A stretch of 63,463 nucleotides of DNA, filler included, from Intoshia linei (lineage: Eukaryota; Animalia; Orthonectida), in assembly GCA_001642005.1 (NCBI GenBank). It is 9 parts of 9 records of this genome, joined end to end, with 100 filler letters (N's around TTAATTAATTAA, not from the genome) between each part and the next. Parts side by side here need not be neighbours in the genome. Positions count along the whole stretch, not along the records: positions 50,555 to 56,396 come from LWCA01001736.1; positions 56,497 to 57,882 come from LWCA01002836.1; positions 57,983 to 59,304 come from LWCA01002672.1; positions 59,405 to 62,211 come from LWCA01002212.1; positions 62,312 to 63,463 come from LWCA01002763.1; 4 more parts are not named here. One strand, given 5' to 3'. Below the pieces are notes generated by a model. The model saw only the letters and a list, made by a program, of their open reading frames with translations, made no database searches and had not been told where the DNA came from. Shown here one piece after another: positions 55,107 to 63,463 of the stretch; the stretch's first letter is position 1; every line of letters begins with the position of its first letter. Both the position numbers and the translations under genes were made by a program.

Positions 55107-57101
55107 ATTATAATAGTCCTTTAAGGCAGAGATTCTCAAACCTTTATCAATGTGGACCCCTGTATGATATTATTAATAAAACCTGTAAGCACCAAAAAAA
55201 TTATATACATTAAATAAGTAATTTTCAACCGGGGGGTTATTATAAACCAATGTTTTTCAAATAATTCGATTAAAATACATCTTGAAAATGTAAATATTGA
55301 TCCTACAATTATAAAAAAAATGTGCATTAAACGTCTACACATTTCCACAAAGAAATATGGGTGGAAATCTATATAATTCATTCCTTCGAAATTTTTTAAA
55401 TTTAAAATTCTTATTTTCAAAACAATTTGTATAACATTTAATTTAAAACTACAACAACGATTACTATAAGTAATACAACTATTTTATTATCATTTTTATT
55501 ACAATCATTTGCAATATTGGTAAAATTCACCTGAAATATGTTTATAAAGTGAAGATTCGGTTAATTATTGATAAATAATTAGTATTTTTAACTATTGATT
55601 AAATTGGTACTGAATATATATTATCACATTGAAAATAAAAAAATAAATTTTTATAATTTTATTTTTTAAGAAATTTATAATATTTATGACAATTTTTAGG
55701 ATTGGACTATTTTTACTTAAATTATAATGTTATACACAGTATGTATAATAATTATAATAATTAGTGTGTAATACACACTCTAAATCAGTGGTTCTTAACT
55801 TTTTTTGATTTATGTACCCCAAATATTGATTTTAATGACTGTGCACCCCTGATTAAACTTCAATTAATAGAATATTAATTACAATAAAGTTTTAACTAGT
55901 TACTTAAATTAAACTGATACAATTTAAGAATTAAAGCTGATTTGGTTATAATAATGATCGTGGAGACCCAGTAGTAGGCCCGGGCTCGATGGAAAGTATA
56001 GGCCCATATAACAAAATTTTTAAAAATAAACCTCTATACATTAATTAATCTAACGTTCATTAAACTCTATGATAATTTATATATTAAAATACCTAATTTG
56101 TATACAAAAAACAAAAATAATTACAATTACCAAAAATAAGACGTCTCAATAAGTCTAATATAAATAATACAAATTGATTAAATTGGTACTGAATATATAT
56201 TATCAGTAATGTGATGTGATGATTCATCAAATTGACAATGACAAAATAGGTTTTTATAATTTTATTTTTGCATTTAAAAAAGCCATAATGTTCATAAACT
56301 ATCCTGATAAAATAGAATACAAAAATTTATTAAAGTGAGCTTAGAAATTGAAGTAATAGAACGAAATAGACTTACAAAATCATTTGAAGATGTTACNNNN
56401 NNNNNNNNNNNNNNNNNNNNNNNNNNNNNNNNNNNNNNNNTTAATTAATTAANNNNNNNNNNNNNNNNNNNNNNNNNNNNNNNNNNNNNNNNNNNNACAA
56501 AATTATATTTTTAAATATTATAGATGTTCTGTGTGTCCCAATTAAATTTTTAAGTTCAAACCAGTGGAAAAACGACCGGCGGTTATATGGCATTACTCAT
56601 CNTTCGATTCAGATACTATTATTATATATTTTTATACTATAATATTATATTATAATAATAGGTGTCAAAACTGAATAATTTGGAGTTATAATCAAATACT
56701 AAAAAATATTATTTTATGTATCAAAAAATATATGTGCATGATTAGCTAGACTCTACGTAGAGAGCTATTTTAAAAAAATGTATAAACACGGTTTTATAGT
56801 GTTTAAATAACTCAAAATAGAGTTACAATGCGCGTCACTTAAATATTACAAAGTTTTATAAAAAATGCGTATTTTCGTATAGCCCTAATCATCTCTCGAC
56901 GACTTCATTCTCATATATACAAATTGCAACACTGACAAAATTATATTTTTAAATATTATAGATGTTCTGTGTGTCCCAATTAAAATGTCAAGTTCAAACC
57001 AGTGGAAAAACGACCGGCGGTTATATGGCATTACTCATCAAACTTTCATAATAATTTAAAATAGATCATTTTTACGGTATAACTGCAATAAGATTAATAT
57101 A

Positions 57102-58303
57102 CTAGCTTGGCAGTTTTGTACTACGTACAAAACGCACTTAGATCTGCCGAGGGCACTCAATGCGATGACATATATTCAGTATCAGTTTAATAAATACTTA
57201 AAAATACCAATTGTGTATAAATAATTAATTGAATCTTCACTTGATAAATATTTCAGTCGAATTTTACCATTATTGCAAAGGATTGTAATATNNNNNNNNN
57301 NNNNNNNNNNTTTAATAAATACTTAAAAATACCAATTGTGTATAAATAATTAATTGAATCTTCACTTTATAAATATTTCAGTCGAATTTTACCATTATTG
57401 CAAAGAATTGTAATATAACAATGATTAATGTTAAAAACTTGTCCATACTTTTCTTTTTACCATTTTATGTGAAATTTGTCACAATTATCAAAAAAAAAAT
57501 AACGTTTTAGTTAATATAAATTTAATTTTATAAATTCGTTGCTGTAGTGTTAAATGTCAAATGTAAAATTAATGTCAAAAAATTACTATAAACAACCAAT
57601 AAAAAAACAGCAATAGATGAAATTCTTAAAAATCTAAATTTAACTTTTTAAAAAAAAGATTGTAATATTTTTATTATCATTACTATATTTTTAAATTTAG
57701 TTTTAAATAAAACTAATATAATAAAAAATATTATGATTAAAAANACCAATAAAAAAACAGCAATAGATGAAATTTTTAAAAATCTAAATTTAAATTTTTA
57801 AAAAAAAGATTGTAATATTTTTATTATCATTACTATATTTTTAAATTTAGTTTTAAATAAAACTAATATAATAAAAAATATTNNNNNNNNNNNNNNNNNN
57901 NNNNNNNNNNNNNNNNNNNNNNNNNNTTAATTAATTAANNNNNNNNNNNNNNNNNNNNNNNNNNNNNNNNNNNNNNNNNNNNAAATTTATGATAATGTTT
58001 ATGATTTTAAAATCCGCATCAGCGTATATATTTTTTGAAATTCTTCAACTCGTTTGATTTTCAAACAGAAGGACAATTGTGGTTTTTGACCCGTAAGATT
58101 TGAGTTTGGGAGGTTGAAATTTATCTTATTATATATCCCGGAAAAAAGTGTAATTGAAATGTGGACTTTATAAAATTCTAAGACTGGTAGTTATTTCAAT
58201 AAACGATAACACAAACAAATATTGCATAGTATATTATAATATGCTATGATTATATAAGTACACACACAAACAAAAATCGCGTAGCATATTATGTAAGTAA
58301 GGA
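57102..58303 (-). mobile_element. Helitron family copy spanning assembly gaps
   Basis: 3' end a|ctagcttggcagttttgtactacgtacaaaa at 57102 and 5' end tatgtaagtaagga|t at 58303, same orientation. Confidence 0.6.
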
Positions 58304-59404
58304 TTATTTATCTAATTAGATAAAGCTGAGTAAACAGTGCTGTTCTTTAAAAATATAAAAAAGTTAAAGCATCATTTATTTTTAACATTTTTGATGTCAT
58401 CCATTAAGCGTTAAGGACTGTTACGACGCCTCTTGCAAAAACCCGTCAAGATTGAAAATAATTAAAATTAAAAACACATCAAAATATTTATCAAAATGTG
58501 CCCAGTATAAACAATATATGAATCAATACATTATTCTGACGAGTCAATTTGAAACAGCGTGATAAATTATATAAATGACAAATGACAACATTATTTGTGA
58601 TTTTTTGATCCAGTTCTTCTGGTTGATTAAATAATAAAAAATTGACTAGTTGTTTTAAAAACACTGACTAAATTTATTCAATTTCAATTATAGATATGTA
58701 ATTAATTAGCTAAATAAACATACGGTGTAACGTGCAATTAATTTGTCACCTTAATATTGAATAATACAAATTATACTATCGAATTTTGGTAATAATGCAT
58801 AAGTAGTTATTACATAGTTATTTATAATTTTTTAATATTTTATACTAGCTTGGCTGTTATGTACTTTGTACAAACAGCAGCTACCTCTATGAATAAATTA
58901 TAAATATCTATAATAATACATTTTCCATAAAACATAGCTCCAAAAATAAAAAAAAAATTAGTAAATGGGTTTTTTCAATTCTTGGACTGTTCATTTTTTA
59001 ATTAAACATTAACACATAAATACATTCAATTTTATATAAATTAAAGGTAAAGATTAAAACATTTCGATGCTTTAAGCCAGTGATAGCAGCCAACTAAAAC
59101 TAGGTGTGTTAAAGTTAAAATGATGATGGAAAATGAGTTAAAAACATAATTTATACATTTATTTAAATTTAAAAAATTGAGCTGCAAGTTTTTCAATGGG
59201 AGGTTATAACTTGTTGATTTTAACGCTACACAAGCCAAACTAGTTTCATAGTGAAGTCTATTCCTTTTATGATTTTTGACATTATTCAATGTGGAAAATA
59301 ACGANNNNNNNNNNNNNNNNNNNNNNNNNNNNNNNNNNNNNNNNNNNNTTAATTAATTAANNNNNNNNNNNNNNNNNNNNNNNNNNNNNNNNNNNNNNNN
59401 NNNN

Positions 59405-60523
59405 TCATGTAATTGCAAGCATAAATTTCTAAACCACCGTGACACCCTTGATTTCCTTGATCCCATGAGCAGTCGACTAAAATTAAAATTAAATAAAAAT
59501 AAACTAATATTAATAAAAAAGATAAAATAATAATTTACTTAATTCTTGTTCAGATATAATGATTCTTTCAGTTTGGTTCAAATAATAAGCCCCTTCAATG
59601 GCTCCAGTCGTACCGAAACTCCAACACGAACCACATATAGATTGATCTTTTATTGGTGACAAGGCGTCATGTTCTCGCCAATCAAATTCATTTAAATCCA
59701 TAATTTTACCCAATGTTTGATCGTCACATTTATTACGAAGGTAGGGGTGTAAATTTTTGAAACCAAAAAATTTGTCAGAATAGTGAATGCCTTTCGAATT
59801 GATTAGATAAAAGTGGTTTAATTCTTTTCGGCTTGTTTTCAATCTACACATTTGTTTTTCAATTAGAAAACTTTCACATTCTTCTTTAACGTCATCAAAA
59901 ACAGACTCTGGTATTTCATTAACTTTAGTGAAATTTGTGTAAATATATTGATAAAAATCGTAATGTGATCCATGTATTATATTTAATCCATTAATTTCAA
60001 AAAGAAGTGGTAATTTTGCTTCATCGTTTCTTAAATACAATCTGTAGTTACTGATGCGATCAAACGTATCAGTGGAAAATTCATACACAATTACTTTACC
60101 ATATAATGTATCATCGTATTCAATGGCCTTTTTAAAATCTTGTCTATACTTTTTGGGGAATGTACTTAATATAGTGGAATCAACGACTGGTTCATTAAAA
60201 CACCTTTTCCCTTGTCGTGTGTGGACGATGCTCATTGAATTTTTATCGGTATATAATGTCCTCGTCAATCCATGGTAATGGCTAATTAAACCATAATTAT
60301 CCTCATCATGATATTCAGTATATTTTTGAGTAATTTTTGCACCAGGAATAAAAATATAACCATGTATAATATATTTTTTTAAATTACACAAATCATCCAA
60401 AAATCCAAATTTGTCTTTTTCACTATGATGCACCTCGTACTTTACATATTCTATGGGAGATGCAGTCGACGATAACAAAAAATTTAAGATAAAAATTAAA
60501 TTTATGTTAATTTCGAAATTCAT
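59405..60523 (-). CDS. Papain-family (C1A) cysteine protease of the 26/29-kDa proteinase / CfaD type; 3' end in gap
   Basis: Signal peptide; N-domain with GSHYDFY motif; mature domain FDWRE...KDQSICGSCWSFGTTGAIEG...SEQEL in exon 59539-60523; exon 59405-59476 gives IDCSWDQGNQGCHGG. Confidence 0.92.
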
Positions 60524-61581
60524 GTTTTAAAATATAAATGGAAAAATATTACTAAGGAATTTACTGTTAATTATAAATTCAAAAACTATAGCATCTATTT
60601 TATTTTAAGTTGAATACACCCAAATTCACTGAATTGTGACTGCATTTCAAACTTATTGGTAGTCAGAGTCCCGATTTTTCTAATATTGCCGGTAAATTCC
60701 GAACCAATTCACGATTACAATTTACTATTTGGACTATTCGATAGGTGTACTGTAGCACAATCAAAATGATTAGTGAAAATCTCCAAAATTTTTTGGTCAC
60801 TAGTTTAGCATAGATAATTAATTTTGTATTATAATTTATAATACACATTCTACAATTTTACAAATAAAACCCATACGTACTGTTACTATTCTACATTATA
60901 ATGTCGATTTTTAATATATAAATAAAATAAAAAAATTATTTTGTATGTTATTCTATTTGATAATGATCCTTATTCAAATCAATTTAAGTGATAATGATTT
61001 GTGTATTTATATGATTTGTTATTTTATAATTATAAGTAAAAAAACAAATTATATTTTAATGATCTAAAATTTCTCAGGCCTAGACGAGATAACGTCAAAA
61101 ATGGTTGATCATTATAATAATCAAAAATTTCGAAAGTCACATAATATGATCTGGCTGGCCAGATTTGGACCACCCTGATGTAGATTGAATATATTATAAT
61201 GTATAACTTGTGTTGAAATATTTGTTGCAGCATCCACAAAATCTTGAACATGACAACGTTTAACTGATACCTGATTTAAACTAATCAAATCTCAAAAATT
61301 ATATATTTGCAGATATTATATTAAATGTTCAAATAATGAACATGTTTCATATAAAACTCTAAAATTATACAAAAGATGAAATGATGACATTTAATGAACC
61401 GTACAAACATGGATTACATTTTGAATAACCGGTTTAGAAATGAAATGAATCAAGAAAATTTTAAAAACAACCAAATATATATGATGCCAAGTTGTTTGTT
61501 AGAAAGATGGCTTAGATGTGAAAAAATGAATTTAAAAATTTAAATTTATTAAAATTAATCATGTATTATTGATCATGCTTG

Positions 61582-62211
61582 TCAATTATTTTCCGACATT
61601 CCTCTGATAGTTTAATAATATTATTGAGTTCATATTTTTTGACATATTTAACACAATAAGTGTTGCCTAAAATAGAAATTACATGAAACTTTACTTATAA
61701 AAATTACCTCTGTGAATATCTTTATCTATGATATCAGACCATTCTGATTCTAATTGTTTCAAATCAATAGGATGAAGTATTTCTTCGAACAGAATATAAA
61801 AACATAATTCATGAAGGTATTCAATGCCTTCTCTAAAAATAATATAAACATTTATTTTAAAAATAAATAAATATTACCTTTGATTCATTTCAAAATCTAT
61901 CATAGCCAACTCGTTCATAATTTTGTAAAGTGGAACGTAAAAATTTTTTCTTAGATAAAATGCTGCGAATTGGTAGAATTGACTTTTTATTGTGGATTTA
62001 AAACTGGAATGCGAGGCATATCCAATAAGTCTAATCAATGATATGGCTTTCTCGTAGTAGGAGCTTTCATTTTTTAAAAACCAGTACATGTTTTTCACTG
62101 GAGTTCGATTCGGATGTCTAATTCTGATGACACTGTGAGGAAAATTATGTTTTGTGAAACAACCAAAAAAAGTTTTACTTTTATTCAATGTTTCATCCGA
62201 TAGTTCCGGGA
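61582..62211 (-). CDS. Hypothetical protein, 3' exons (5' end in gap)
   Basis: Phase-consistent exons 61878-62211, 61708-61832 (EGIEYLHELCFYILFEEILHP...) and 61582-61666, with short GT-AG introns. Confidence 0.6.
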
Positions 62212-62311
62212 NNNNNNNNNNNNNNNNNNNNNNNNNNNNNNNNNNNNNNNNNNNNTTAATTAATTAANNNNNNNNNNNNNNNNNNNNNNNNNNNNNNNNN
62301 NNNNNNNNNNN

Positions 62312-63463
62312 AGAGATTAAACAACCAGGAATCTTATAAATGTAATGGATGCAGAGGAAACTGTACAAAAGAAGACAGAAAACTCAAATGCCCAGCATAG
62401 AATCACAAATGTACGCGGTGTGAGAAATACTCTCATTACGAAAAATGGTGTAGGAACGATGTAAAACCAAATATTCTCGCCATAATTTATCTCGCCAATT
62501 CCAAGGAAATATAAATCTCATAGCTCCAGCTGAAAATGAATATAATCAGGTTATTTTAGTAAATTATTTAATTGATACTGGATCATCCATAAATTGCATA
62601 AATAAAAAAACCTTTCTCCAATTTAAAAATAAAACAACTGAACCCTGTGACATAAAGATTTTTGAATATTCTGGTAACAAAATAAAATTTTTCGGATCAA
62701 CACACTTAAAAGTTTTAAATAAAACCATAAAATTCTACATTACATCAGGTAATAACATTATCGGATGCCCAACTATAATTGATTTGAACATAATGCAATG
62801 AAACCCTAAATATAAACCCAAATATAATAACAATATTTCAAAAAATGTGAATTATAACATAAACAACAGCCCAATGAATATTATTGATGATAATCCTGAA
62901 TTAACGAACATTATTAACAAATATATTTTATGCTTTTCTAAAAAACCAGGTAAATGTAACATTGGAACCCACAAAATTGAACTAATTCATAAAAACTAAA
63001 ATATATGCTGCCCAGCATATCCCACACCCATCAATCTCATAAATGAAGAAAATAAAATGATGAATGAAATGCTAAAAGACGGCCTTATCGAACCATCAAA
63101 TAGTAACTTAAGATCACCTAAATTTTTAAAAAAGAAAAAATCTGGGGAATTCAGACTTCTTAGCGATTTTAGAATATTAAATAAAAACACCAAAAAAGAC
63201 TCATATTTTGCACCGAACTAACAAATAATTATAGACGCACTATTTGGAATTGAAATTTTCACAATTCTCGACTTATCTAAAAGTTACTATCAAATTCCCA
63301 TACTAAGAGAAGTCAGAGAAAAAACCGCCTTTTGTACCTGTTATGGAAAAAAATTGTATCAATATTGCGTGATGCCCATGGGATTGACAGACTCATCTGC
63401 AACATTTCAACGAACGATGGATGAGATTTTTGGAGATCTACCAAGAGTTAATGTGTACATTGA
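62312..63463 (+). mobile_element. Decayed Ty3/Gypsy LTR retrotransposon (gag-pro-RT)
   Basis: Zinc knuckle CTRCEKYSHYEKWC, protease LIDTGSSINCI, RT motifs FRLLSDFRILN, LDLSKSYYQI, KTAF, MPMGL...ATFQRTM, VYID; several in-frame stops. Confidence 0.92.

Noticed and set aside
56497-57882. Near-identical direct repeats (56497-56600/56935-57038, 57188-57291/57311-57415, 57593-57732/57743-57882)
   Set aside because: All adjoin Ns or gaps; most likely unmerged contig overlaps.

Overview
Very AT-rich eukaryotic (animal-type) genomic scaffold with many 34-60 nt GT-AG introns and a few long, transposon-filled introns. This architecture would fit a compact invertebrate parasite genome such as an orthonectid, but that is inference only. 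Eight N-gaps each carry an artificial TTAATTAATTAA spacer, and several genes are cut at these gaps. Genes reconstructed by hand-splicing: two tandem paralogous orphan secreted proteins (314-3088 and 4538-6109, minus); tRNA-Arg(ACG) and tRNA-Val(CAC); the 5' half of an SLC6 transporter; a small-TM/K-rich ORF; the 3' half of glucose-6-phosphate isomerase; RFC1; RPB10; ORC6; the 5' part of SDA1; a divergent ADF/cofilin; a 26/29-kDa-type papain-family protease; a partial hypothetical gene; and a decayed Ty3/Gypsy pol. Intergenic and intronic DNA is dominated by one non-autonomous Helitron family (including an 86-bp minimal copy), many hAT MITEs with 8-bp TSDs, and pogo/Tc1 remnants. The best novelty candidates are the orphan secreted family built from phase-1 exons with apolipoprotein-like 22-mers, a pogo element inserted inside the ORC6 splice donor, and a protease that appears to lack its I29 inhibitor domain. 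No CRISPR or prokaryotic system is supported.
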